In this document: in pieces, positions 40,326 through 49,808 of the stretch | Layout: each line of letters begins with the position of its first letter | Numbering within the stretch: the first letter of the stretch is position 1 | Source of the DNA: Oceanispirochaeta sp. | GTDB taxonomy: Bacteria; Spirochaetota; Spirochaetia; DSM-2461 | Assembly (NCBI GenBank): GCA_963663385.2 | Contig: CAXXXD010000002.1 | Location: 992,001-1,056,000 of the forward strand | Reading direction: 5' to 3' | DNA length: 64,000 nucleotides | Position numbers and translations under genes: made by a program | The notes under the pieces: generated by a model | The model's database searches: none | Seen by the model: only the letters and a program-made list of their open reading frames with translations | What the model was told of the DNA's origin: nothing

Positions 40326-40519
40326 AATAACTCCCCGGTTCAGATATACGCAGGATCTGCATACATACAGACCCCGCTTTCAGGTGATACCCTTCTAATT
40401 TGTTTTCGGGTAAAGGAATATTGAACCATAAAGGAATTATAACACCCCGGATCTCCAATCGCCACGGGAAAAACTTTAGATAGGGAGGCAAAAATTAAAG
40501 GACCGGATTCCTTTATGGG

Positions 40520-41719
40520 TTACCATTGGGCGGGGTAGAACTCATTAACATCGGCAGAGGTAATAATATGCCTGGGCAGATAGGATACAGGCTCCAGGCT
40601 GACTCCGTTCAGGAACTGGGCCGCCGAATAGGCTGCCAGGGCCCCATCTCCCTCGGCAGACTGATAGGTAAGGGCTGTTACTTCACCGGCTTTTACGGCG
40701 TCCATTCCGATTTTTGAATTCCCTGCGGCCACAATGGCAATATCGTGTCGTCCGGCGGCATTTACCGCTTCCAGGGCGCCGGTCATGGAAAATCCGTCTC
40801 CCGCCAGGATCAAACCCTGCAGTTCATTGCCGTATTTTGTTATCCATGAGGCCACCAGCTGCATGGTCCCTTCCGCCTCGAGGTTAGCCGTATCCATATC
40901 CAGCAGCTGCATTTCAGGCGCGTATTCCGCCAGTTCCGTAATAGGGGCGTAGGTCCGGGCAAAGAAGGGAGAGGAACCCGGCATATGCCTGATAATGGCA
41001 TACCCCCCGGTCTTATGCATTGTATCAGCCAGTGTACGGGCCAATAGACGGAACTGTCCCCAGTCATCCGGTCCGGTCCAGGCAAGACAGTATCGCATGG
41101 CGTCATCCGTCGGAATGGTATTGGAAGCAATCAGGGGAATCCCCGCTTTGGTTATTTTCCGCATTAAAGGGGTGCATGCTGTTGCATCAACGGGGGCCAT
41201 GACAATGATATCCGGTCGGTCATTAATGGCCTGGTCTGTCTGCTGAGCCTGAAGGTCTATATTCCAGTTGGAGTTGAATACTTTTACATTCATCTCATAA
41301 GCGGCTGCCACTTTCTCAAATCCTCTCAGATACGCTGTCCAGTAGGGATGATCTCCAGCTTTGAGTAGTACCAGGCTTTTCCCTATGGCACCTGTGCCGG
41401 GGGAGGCCGGCATGGGGATCTTCGGGGCTGTCCATCCGGCGTATTCAATGTCCCACCAGTGTCCCGAATCGGTCAGGGGCAGGGACTTCGGATCTGCCGG
41501 CCGGGCAGGGATAACCTTATTGACTCCGGGGAGGATCAGGGGATGACCATCGGTTCCTTTCAGGTCCAGAACATTTACCGAGCGGGACCGGTTCAGATTC
41601 TCCAGATTATCAGACAGGGAATTTTCTGTTCTGCCGGTGCAGCTGAAGAAAAGAAGCAGGGACAGGATAACAGGGACAGTTGATAAAATCTGCCGGATCT
41701 GGGTTGAGAACTTATTCAT
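40520..41719 (-). CDS. Sugar ABC transporter substrate-binding lipoprotein (paralog of 31549)
   Basis: Lipobox-like LLFFSC, HWWDIEYAGW, HPYW, WTGPDDWGQF, ends PAQW. Confidence 0.9.
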   Translation of the reverse strand: MNKFSTQIRQILSTVPVILSLLLFFSCTGRTENSLSDNLENLNRSRSVNVLDLKGTDGHPLILPGVNKVIPARPADPKSLPLTDSGHWWDIEYAGWTAPKIPMPASPGTGAIGKSLVLLKAGDHPYWTAYLRGFEKVAAAYEMNVKVFNSNWNIDLQAQQTDQAINDRPDIIVMAPVDATACTPLMRKITKAGIPLIASNTIPTDDAMRYCLAWTGPDDWGQFRLLARTLADTMHKTGGYAIIRHMPGSSPFFARTYAPITELAEYAPEMQLLDMDTANLEAEGTMQLVASWITKYGNELQGLILAGDGFSMTGALEAVNAAGRHDIAIVAAGNSKIGMDAVKAGEVTALTYQSAEGDGALAAYSAAQFLNGVSLEPVSYLPRHIITSADVNEFYPAQW

Positions 41720-42707
41720 AGGAGCCTCCTTTGTCGATTTCTTTCATAAGAGAGGCCCTCCGCCCCTTCAGCCTGTTGTAGTGGAAGTTGGATACCGATT
41801 CATAAAGGACAACCACTGCCAGAATAAGCCCGTTGATAAATATCTGGACTTCAAATCCCCAGCCGAAGCAGCCTATCCCGTTATTAATGATAACCAGAAG
41901 CAGAACCCCCAGGTAACTTTTAAAAATACTGCCCCGGCCTCCGCTCATAAGGCTGCCGCCGATTATTACCGCAGAAATTACCTGCATAAGGGTTTTACTC
42001 CCGAGAATGGCATAGGATGTCATAGAGGAGATACTCATGGCAAAAACGGCTCCGCCCATGGCAGCCAGTCCGTCACAGATCATAAAACCTGCAATGATGA
42101 ACCGGTCTTTGGGGAGACCGGCCAGCCAGGCTGTTTCAGGACTTCCTCCAATCATAAAAAAGGATCGGCCTGTTCTTGTCTGGGTCAGAAAAAACGAAAA
42201 TATCAGTACCAGCAGCATTGTGATGACTGTCATTGGTGTAAGGATGAAGAGGAAGGAACGGTCCAGCCAGTCGGCCAGGGTGAAGTCATCCACATAAAGG
42301 GAACCTCCCCGGCTGTAGAGATGCATTATCCCAAAGGTAATAATCTGTGTTCCCAGGGTTACAATAAAGGAACTCAATTCCGCCTTTACAACCAGAATAC
42401 CGTTGATAAAACCAATAACTATTCCCGACAGGACGGCTATGGCAAAACTGGCTGTCCAGCCCAGCTGGGGTTGGAAGCCTATACAGAGCATACCCGAAAG
42501 CATGAGAACAGCACCGATGGAGAGGTCCAGCTGTCCCAGTATGATTATGATCGTGAATCCGATCGCGGCTATCCCCGACAGACTGGAACCTTTGAGAATA
42601 GACCGGATGTTATAGACAGAAAAGAAATTCGGGGCAAACAGAGAGAACAGCACAAAGAGGAGGAGGAGAAGAATTGCTACCTTATGTTTGCGTATTGTGC
42701 TATGCAT
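41712..42707 (-). CDS. Sugar ABC transporter permease
   Basis: GQLDLSIG, TRTGR....IGG..E.A.LAG, VIIGGSL.GGRGS. Confidence 0.9.
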   Translation of the reverse strand: MHSTIRKHKVAILLLLLFVLFSLFAPNFFSVYNIRSILKGSSLSGIAAIGFTIIIILGQLDLSIGAVLMLSGMLCIGFQPQLGWTASFAIAVLSGIVIGFINGILVVKAELSSFIVTLGTQIITFGIMHLYSRGGSLYVDDFTLADWLDRSFLFILTPMTVITMLLVLIFSFFLTQTRTGRSFFMIGGSPETAWLAGLPKDRFIIAGFMICDGLAAMGGAVFAMSISSMTSYAILGSKTLMQVISAVIIGGSLMSGGRGSIFKSYLGVLLLVIINNGIGCFGWGFEVQIFINGLILAVVVLYESVSNFHYNRLKGRRASLMKEIDKGGSYE

Positions 42708-43665
42708 CCAGTTCTTCCTTCAGTTTGTTCCGTCTCTGATGCATGGCAATAACAGAGATAAAGATAATCCCGGTAATGATATTCTGCTGAAAATAGTTAA
42801 TGCCCATAAGGGTCAGAATATTGCTTAAAAGCCCTATCACCAGAACGCCGCCCATAACGCCCCGGATTGTTCCAATACCCCCTGACTGCATCATCCCTCC
42901 CAGGACGACCGCAGTGACTGCTTTAAAATCATACCCCTGGCCCAGGTAGAAAACTCCCATTTTGTTCATACTGGTAATAAATATCCCGGCAATGGAACTG
43001 AAGAGCGAGGTAAGGAGGAAGGCATACAGAGTATATCTGGCTGTATTGATTCCGGTAAATTCCGATACATTATGGGATGAACCCAGCAGTCTGAATTTCT
43101 GTCCCAGTCCGGTTTTTGTCAAAATCAGATGGCTTGCCAGAAAAAGGAGCAGCATTATAATCACAGAGAGGGGAACACTGCCCAGGGAAAAACGGAATAT
43201 ACCGACAAACTGCTCGGCTGTTCCCGTATCCAGTCCCTTCTGCTGCAGGATCTGATCCGGATAGAGCTGTGAACTGCTCCATACAAAGCGCATAAATCCT
43301 TCCATAAAGTAGACAACAGCCAATGTCCAGAGGATAGGATTTGCTCTGAGACGACCGATTACGATCCCGTTCATGGCCCCTACAGCCATCCCGGCCATTA
43401 TCCCCAGTACCATGGCTGGTATAAAACCCAGAGGAAGGGAGGCCACCGCAATAATACCGGAAAATGCCATATAGGTGGGAACGGACAGGTCGCACATATA
43501 CCCTGTGTAAACAACAAAAGACATCCCTGCCGAAGCTATCCCCAGAAGAGAGACGGCCCGCAGGATGTTCATCAGGTTTCCCGTGGAGAGAAAGTGGGGG
43601 GAGACAGACATTCCCAGGAGAAAGAGCAGGGCCGCTGCCATATATATGCCGGATTTCCTTATCAC
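42700..43665 (-). CDS. Sugar ABC transporter permease
   Basis: Paralog of 34354 (RAN.I.WTLA, GQGYDFKAVTAVVLGG). GTG 43665 after GGGAG chosen as start. Confidence 0.88.
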   Translation of the reverse strand: MIRKSGIYMAAALLFLLGMSVSPHFLSTGNLMNILRAVSLLGIASAGMSFVVYTGYMCDLSVPTYMAFSGIIAVASLPLGFIPAMVLGIMAGMAVGAMNGIVIGRLRANPILWTLAVVYFMEGFMRFVWSSSQLYPDQILQQKGLDTGTAEQFVGIFRFSLGSVPLSVIIMLLLFLASHLILTKTGLGQKFRLLGSSHNVSEFTGINTARYTLYAFLLTSLFSSIAGIFITSMNKMGVFYLGQGYDFKAVTAVVLGGMMQSGGIGTIRGVMGGVLVIGLLSNILTLMGINYFQQNIITGIIFISVIAMHQRRNKLKEELDA

Positions 43666-43669
43666 GCCC

Positions 43670-45160
43670 CTATACTCCCTCGCCGTTAGCAGCCAGAAGG
43701 ACTGCTTCTTCTGATAGATGGTCACCCTGTATCTCTTCTATAAAATAACCGCTCCGCATAACCAGCACCCTGTCGGAAAGGGAGACAAGTTCAGTCAGAT
43801 CACTGCTTATAAGCAGTATTGTTTTTCCCTTGTCGGCCAGCTCCTGTATGGCCTTATGGATTCCCGTACGGGCTCCGATGTCCACTCCTTTTGTCGGTTC
43901 ATCAAGAATAAAGATCTCCGGAGAGGCTGCCAGCCATTTTGCCAGAAATACTTTCTGCTGATTCCCTCCGGATAGGGTGGATATATCAGATTCCTCCCGG
44001 GGAGGAGAAATATTCAGTTTTTTCATCAGTTCCTTCAACTTTCCCTGATTGTGGTTTTTATTGTAAATCCCCCCGCGGCAGCTTTCATCGATTACGGCGG
44101 AAAGGATATTCTGTCCCACCTCAATCCCGGGAAAAAGACCATCGTTCTTCCTGTCCTCGGAGAGATAGATCATACCGTTTTTTATACATTTCCGGTAGGA
44201 GCCTCTTTTGATCTTTTTCTGATGAATAAGTATCCGCCCGCTGTCGGAAGGATCTATCCCGCTCAGGCTCCGGCCCAGTTCTGACCGTCCGGCCCCGGAC
44301 AGGCCGGCTATCCCCAGGATTTCGCCCTTGTAGGCTCTGAAACTGATATCATGGAAAAAACCGTTGCGGCAGAGGTCGTTTACCCGGAGAGCTTCTTCCT
44401 CTTCTCCCCGAAAGGTATACTCTTTTTGAAACTCTTCAAGGTTCTTTCCAATCATCATATTGGCCAGGGTGGAAGATGTCACCTCATGAACGGCTGTTGT
44501 AATGACTTTTCTGCCGTCCCTCAGAATGGTGATCCTGTCGGCAATACGGAAGATTTCGGGAAGCCTGTGGGATATGTAGACTATGGCTAGACCTTTTTTC
44601 TTCAGGGCATCCACAGCGGTAAAAAGTGTTCGGATCTCTTCGCGTGAGAGAGAAGAGGTCGGTTCATCCATTACCAGTATGGAAGGATTTGTTCCCAGAA
44701 CCTTGGCTATCTCTACCAGCTGGGCTTCATGCTGGGATAGCTCACTTACCGGCGTCATGGGATCCAGATCCAGTCCAACCTGTTCCAGTATCATTATGGA
44801 TTCCTCCACCATGGCCTTCCGGTCGATTCTCAGGTTCCTCTTGCGCGGGAGCCGGCCGACAAGAATATTTTCGGCAATGCTGATAGGCTTGGCCAGGCTC
44901 AGTTCCTGATAGATCATTCCTATGCCGTGTTTAATGGCAACCCCTGGAGAGTTCAGACGGATCTTCTTTCCGTTGATCCGCACCTGTCCTGTATAGTCAT
45001 TATAGGAGCCTGCCAGGATTTTCATCAGAGTGGATTTTCCCGCTCCGTTTTCTCCCAGAAGAGCATGAACCTCTCCCGCTTCAACCTCAAAATCCACCTT
45101 ATCGACGGCGAGGGTTCCGGGGAAGGATTTACTGACTGACTGCATCTCCAGGGCTAACAA
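43670..45160 (-). CDS. Sugar ABC transporter ATP-binding protein
   Basis: GENGAGKST, LSGGNQQK, DEPTKGVDIGA; TTG start after GGAG. Confidence 0.95.
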   Translation of the reverse strand: MLALEMQSVSKSFPGTLAVDKVDFEVEAGEVHALLGENGAGKSTLMKILAGSYNDYTGQVRINGKKIRLNSPGVAIKHGIGMIYQELSLAKPISIAENILVGRLPRKRNLRIDRKAMVEESIMILEQVGLDLDPMTPVSELSQHEAQLVEIAKVLGTNPSILVMDEPTSSLSREEIRTLFTAVDALKKKGLAIVYISHRLPEIFRIADRITILRDGRKVITTAVHEVTSSTLANMMIGKNLEEFQKEYTFRGEEEEALRVNDLCRNGFFHDISFRAYKGEILGIAGLSGAGRSELGRSLSGIDPSDSGRILIHQKKIKRGSYRKCIKNGMIYLSEDRKNDGLFPGIEVGQNILSAVIDESCRGGIYNKNHNQGKLKELMKKLNISPPREESDISTLSGGNQQKVFLAKWLAASPEIFILDEPTKGVDIGARTGIHKAIQELADKGKTILLISSDLTELVSLSDRVLVMRSGYFIEEIQGDHLSEEAVLLAANGEGV

Positions 45161-45296
45161 AAAGAGCTCCGTTTAATATAATCTGAATAATTCCTGTGCG
45201 AATTATCACTTATACTGATAATTCTAGCACTGCCTCTGTTTGAACTGCTATTGTATAAATTCCGGATTATTATGGAAATTTTGGGATTTTGAACCA

Positions 45297-47078
45297 TCAT
45301 TCTCCGCTTCCTCCTGTGTTTTCGATATTCTCCCTGTATTCGGAAGGGTTCATGCCGGTTTGTTTTTTAAATATTCTGTAAAAGTAGCTGGCATCGGTAT
45401 ATCCTGTTTCACGGGCTACTTCATACTCTTTCAAATGCCTGTTCTGCAACAGCTTTTTTGCCTGATCTATACGGATATCATTCAGATAGGCGGAAAAACT
45501 CTGACCAGTCTCTTTTTTAAATATCTGCCCCAGGTAGGCGGCGGATAGATCGTATTTATAGGAAAGGGTTTTCAGGGAGAGTGCTTCCTGTGAGTGGGTA
45601 TTTATATATTCCACAATCCGCTTGATGGGGGTCCGCCCCGGCATTTCCGCCGAAAGATCCGTACAAAAGTCAATAGAGACTTTTTCCAGCCATTTCAGAG
45701 TTTTGCTGAAGGATTTCTGGTGAAAAAGGTAGTTCGCCAGCATGGAGGGATTTGTGCTGATGGAATCTATCCCCCGATTGATCCCTTTTTCGGCAGCCGA
45801 ACTGATAAGCCTGGAAATAATCTCTACCGAAACGCCCCGGCAGTACTCTATGCTTACCAGACTGCATTCGGTAATCTGGTTATAGAGCTCCCTGAAATAG
45901 GCGGAAATCCCGTTCCTGTCTCCCAGCTTAAGGGCGTTTGTGTATCTGGTATAATCCAGAACGGGAACATCATTTTTTTTATTTAAAAAAACATCCACAT
46001 CCTGCTTTGTTATAATATGGACGGGCATATATTTAACGGGAGGTATATCGAAACCGTTAAACCAGTCTACTGCGGTCTGCATGGCAAGTATCCCGTCAAT
46101 GATTCCGGCCTGATAGGTCGTTGCCTGAAGGGTGCCTCTCCGGATATCTTCCAGAGCCTGGGGCGGGCTCCAGTGGGACACATTGATGATATTCTCTCTC
46201 TTCAACTCAATCAGGGCTTTCTTCACACCCTTCTGTACGGTGAGGCTGTCCGACGAAACAATCCCTTTTAACTTGTCTCCATATGTTTTAATCCACCTGC
46301 ATACCTGGTCATAGCTTCCCTTTTCTCCTACACCTGTACTTTTATACTCCAGGCAGGTCATGGCGGGAGCGATTTTTTTCAATTCAGTAATGATTCCCCA
46401 GGTCCGGGCCAGGTCGCAGGAGGTGTCTTCATAGTGGCGAATCAGGGTATAGGAACCCTGATAATCCATCATCCGGGCAAATTCAGCCGCCAGCGCCCGG
46501 GACATCCTCCAGTCATCAGGACCTGTCCAGCTTAATATATAGGGGAGTTCTCCATAATCGGGCACCATATTGCTGGATAAAACGGGAATCCCCCTGTCAT
46601 ATATTTTTTTATAGATTCCTCTGGAACTGCTGATGCTTGTGGGCATATGAATGATCATGTCCGGATTCTTGGCCAGGGCCATTTCGGTAAAATGTATCTG
46701 GGCGTTACTGTCCCAATCCGTATCATAAACTTCCAGCTGAATGTCATGATGATCGGCAATCCTCTGCAGCCCTTTCCGGAAGGCCAGCTGATAGGGGTGG
46801 GAAACCGGCATGTTGCAGATGACTTTCTTACCCTCCGGTCCGTCTGCCGGACTTTCCGGCATGGGCGCTTTCGGAATGCGCCAGGGGGCATATTCAGAAT
46901 CGTACCAGTGCCGGCTGTCCTCTTTGGGATAGATGGAAGGATCATCCGGCCGGGGAGGAATCGAGTAGGATTCATAATCATGTATCAGTATAAGCGGCCT
47001 CTGGTTTTCCAGTTGATCCTCTCCTTTAAAGAATGGGGATATCCTACCATAAGCTGGAGAAAATTGAAAATATATCAC
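45297..47078 (-). CDS. Fusion regulator: sugar-binding domain + AraC HTH (paralog 4); true start possibly CTG 47012
   Basis: HWYDSEYAPW, WTGPDDW, LSLKTLS...SAAYLGQIFKKETG, GY.DASYFYRIFKK.TG..PSEYR. Confidence 0.85.
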   Translation of the reverse strand: MIYFQFSPAYGRISPFFKGEDQLENQRPLILIHDYESYSIPPRPDDPSIYPKEDSRHWYDSEYAPWRIPKAPMPESPADGPEGKKVICNMPVSHPYQLAFRKGLQRIADHHDIQLEVYDTDWDSNAQIHFTEMALAKNPDMIIHMPTSISSSRGIYKKIYDRGIPVLSSNMVPDYGELPYILSWTGPDDWRMSRALAAEFARMMDYQGSYTLIRHYEDTSCDLARTWGIITELKKIAPAMTCLEYKSTGVGEKGSYDQVCRWIKTYGDKLKGIVSSDSLTVQKGVKKALIELKRENIINVSHWSPPQALEDIRRGTLQATTYQAGIIDGILAMQTAVDWFNGFDIPPVKYMPVHIITKQDVDVFLNKKNDVPVLDYTRYTNALKLGDRNGISAYFRELYNQITECSLVSIEYCRGVSVEIISRLISSAAEKGINRGIDSISTNPSMLANYLFHQKSFSKTLKWLEKVSIDFCTDLSAEMPGRTPIKRIVEYINTHSQEALSLKTLSYKYDLSAAYLGQIFKKETGQSFSAYLNDIRIDQAKKLLQNRHLKEYEVARETGYTDASYFYRIFKKQTGMNPSEYRENIENTGGSGE

Positions 47079-47144
47079 AAAGGCATCTTTTCAGACTGAT
47101 TCAGGACGCTGGACATTTGTAAATAATGAAATTATGTTGTCTAT

Positions 47145-47741
47145 ATGGATCGAATTCTTCCAGCTTGTTCTGAATATAAAACACAATTAAGCAGAATATT
47201 CCTATTTGTTTTTTTTCTGTTAACAATACTGGGAAGCTTTCCTTCTGATGCTGAGGAAATAAACAGTTACTGGTCTCTGGGACAGTTCGGTTTATCAACT
47301 GATTTTGAAAAATCGTATCTTTTATTGAAGGGACCGGGACTTTCGCTCTCAATGCCCGATCATGCCCTTTTAAGCATTAATACATTTAACGGGTTTCTGG
47401 ATCTGGATGAAGAAGACCATCGCTATGAAATTCTTCATTCCGTTTTTATGTATAATTTATTTAATCCCCTGAGTTACAGTTCTCTGGGGCCGTTCTTTTC
47501 CGCAGGGATCCGGCTCAATTCCGGAGCGGCATGCTGCGATGCCAAATGCGGTTTAAAATTCAATCTGTCCCATACGTTTGATAATTATAATAAGAGGATT
47601 CCAAAAGTATTTACCATTCTGGAAATTGAATCGGGAGTTTCAATCTCAGACAGGCATTTTTATGCTTCGGTCATAACCGACCTATCGATAATCTATTATG
47701 CTTTTAAGGAGTATTCCATTAATTACTTAATGGATAGATGA
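47145..47741 (+). CDS. Hypothetical AT-rich protein with a hydrophobic N-terminal segment (possibly exported or outer-membrane)
   Basis: 198-aa ORF filling the gap; IFLFVFFLLTILG segment; no recognised motif. Confidence 0.45.
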   Translation: MDRILPACSEYKTQLSRIFLFVFFLLTILGSFPSDAEEINSYWSLGQFGLSTDFEKSYLLLKGPGLSLSMPDHALLSINTFNGFLDLDEEDHRYEILHSVFMYNLFNPLSYSSLGPFFSAGIRLNSGAACCDAKCGLKFNLSHTFDNYNKRIPKVFTILEIESGVSISDRHFYASVITDLSIIYYAFKEYSINYLMDR

Positions 47742-47784
47742 AATATACTTTGTTAAACTCAGTTGATTGAGCCGGTAAAAATGC

Positions 47785-48011
47785 GTACGATCTCGTTTTC
47801 AGGTAATATTATCTAATGTTGTTATAACTTTATCCATTCCTTCCGGTTCAAACCCTCTCCCCCGTCCCCTCTTCCCAATGGGAGAGGGTCGTTGCTTTGG
47901 GATACGTTCTTTCTTATTCATAACCAATTCAATATTAAAAAAGAGGTATTTCGCTTCAATAACTCTGGATTAAACTGTGAAGAATAATAAAACCCGAAAA
48001 CGAGATCGCAC
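47785..48011. mobile_element. MITE-like non-coding element bounded by 28-bp imperfect inverted repeats
   Basis: GTACGATCTCGTTTTCAGGTAATATTAT (47785-47812) vs the reverse complement of 47984-48011, GTGCGATCTCGTTTTCGGGTTTTATTAT (24/28). Confidence 0.45.
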
Positions 48012-48065
48012 CCGATAAAAATCCTTTCCTTGACCATCGTGAATCAAGTGAACTAGAATTATGCC

Positions 48066-49808
48066 ATGAAATACTCCCGTTTAATCGGTAAAACCATACG
48101 CCGCAAGGGCGGATCGTCCATGCTCAGAGGGAACTCCCTGCTGTTTCAGGGGGGATTCGTCCGGATGCTCGGTCAGGGGCTTGTTTCGTTTCTTCCCATG
48201 GGGATGAAAGTTATCAATAACCTTAAATCCCTGATAGCCGAAGAGATGCATCTCCTGGGGGGGGAAGAATTTCAGGTTCCCCTTGTTAACCCCCTCTCTC
48301 TCTGGGAGAAGAGCGGGAGAAGCGAACTCCCCGACAGCAATCTTGTTGTATTTTCAGACAGTCAGGGGCGTAAACTGGTCCTCTCACCCACTCATGAAGA
48401 GGCAGCGGTGGAGCTGGCCAAATCGGTTGTGAATTCCTACAGGGACTTCCCTCTTTTCATCTATCAGTTTCAAACCAAATTCCGGGATGAACCGCGGACA
48501 AGGGCGGAACTGATACGGTCCAAGGAATTTGTCATGAAGGATGCCTATTCCTTTCACCGTTCCTATTCGGAACTGAATAATTTCTTCCCCCGGGTGTTCA
48601 ACTCCTACCTCAGGATCTTTGAGAAGTGCGGAATCTCTGTTATTCCCGCTGAATCGGGAGTCGGTATGATGGGGGGATCCAGAGCCTATGAATTCCTCTA
48701 TCCCCACGAACAGGGCCGTGATGTGGTCATGGTTTGCCCCCATTGCGGGTACCGGGCAAACAGATCTGTCGCTGTGGGTGTAAAAACCTCGATCAGGGAG
48801 ATCCTGTCTGGACTTGAAATGCCGGCCGTTAAAGAGAAGAGTATTGAAAAACAGGCGGAAGAGCTGGGGATCCCTCTCTCCAAAATTGTCAAGCCCAGGG
48901 TATATAACACGGAGAAGGGGCCTGTCATGGCTGTCGTCCGGGGGGATTATGACGTCAGCCTGGATAAGCTGACCGCCTTTCTGGGGATGAGCGTCAGTAA
49001 GCCGGCAGACCATAATATACTGCGTCAATACAATCTGATTCCCGGATTTATGTCTCCTGTTCAGGCACCGGATGAGGTGATGGTCGTTGTGGATGATATT
49101 GTGGTCAATACACCCAACCTGGCCATGGGAACCAATGAAGAGGGATACTATTACAAGAATGCCAACTTCGGACGGGATTTTGATATTCCCGAAACGGGAG
49201 ATATCGCCCAGCTGAACGAAGGGGATAACTGTATAGGCTGCGGTACAGCTCTTGAATCAATCAATGCCTTTGAACTGGGAAATATCTTCAAGCTGGATGA
49301 TTTTTACACCAGGCGGATGAGTTTTACTTTCAATGATTATAAGGGGAAACAGCATTACCCCTACATGGGGGCTTTCGGGCTCGGTCTTGGAAGGCTTCTC
49401 AGCTGCATCGCCGAGGAAAACAGGGATGAAAGAGGTCTTGTCTGGCCCCTCGCTCTGGCGCCCTATACGTTCTACCTGATGGGGATAGGAAAATCTTCCC
49501 GTATCAATTCCGTTGTGGAAGAGATAGCGGAAGAGCTGGGCGAGGATGATGTTCTGGTGGATGACCGCCGGGAGTCCATAGGTGTGAAATTCCGGGATGC
49601 CGACCTGTTGGGGATCCCTCTCCGAATTGTAGTATCCCGCCATTTCCTGGAGAGGGGGGAAGTGGATTTAAGGGACCGGCGGAGCGGCCGGAAATGGTAT
49701 GTAAAAAGGGAAAATCTGAAACAGGAAATTAAAAAATGGAAAAGAGACATTTTACAGAATAGTCTCGACAGCCCAAGGAGAGATGAATGCCGAGACATTT
49801 TAAAATGA
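48066..49808 (+). CDS. proS: Proline--tRNA ligase, bacterial type with INS editing domain (divergent)
   Basis: LW.KSGR, L.PTHEE, YQFQTKFRDE.R, EFVMKDAYSFH, E.G.IFKL, DDR.ES.GVKF.DADL.GIP.RIVV anticodon domain. Confidence 0.88.
   Translation: MKYSRLIGKTIRRKGGSSMLRGNSLLFQGGFVRMLGQGLVSFLPMGMKVINNLKSLIAEEMHLLGGEEFQVPLVNPLSLWEKSGRSELPDSNLVVFSDSQGRKLVLSPTHEEAAVELAKSVVNSYRDFPLFIYQFQTKFRDEPRTRAELIRSKEFVMKDAYSFHRSYSELNNFFPRVFNSYLRIFEKCGISVIPAESGVGMMGGSRAYEFLYPHEQGRDVVMVCPHCGYRANRSVAVGVKTSIREILSGLEMPAVKEKSIEKQAEELGIPLSKIVKPRVYNTEKGPVMAVVRGDYDVSLDKLTAFLGMSVSKPADHNILRQYNLIPGFMSPVQAPDEVMVVVDDIVVNTPNLAMGTNEEGYYYKNANFGRDFDIPETGDIAQLNEGDNCIGCGTALESINAFELGNIFKLDDFYTRRMSFTFNDYKGKQHYPYMGAFGLGLGRLLSCIAEENRDERGLVWPLALAPYTFYLMGIGKSSRINSVVEEIAEELGEDDVLVDDRRESIGVKFRDADLLGIPLRIVVSRHFLERGEVDLRDRRSGRKWYVKRENLKQEIKKWKRDILQNSLDSPRRDECRDILK

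Noticed and set aside
47756..47785. tRNA D-arm-like string CTCAGTTGATTGAGC
   Set aside because: No T-arm (GTTCRA) or acceptor stem; no cloverleaf.
47745..48065. T-box leader upstream of proS
   Set aside because: No AGGGTGGNACCGCG T-box motif or terminator/antiterminator seen.
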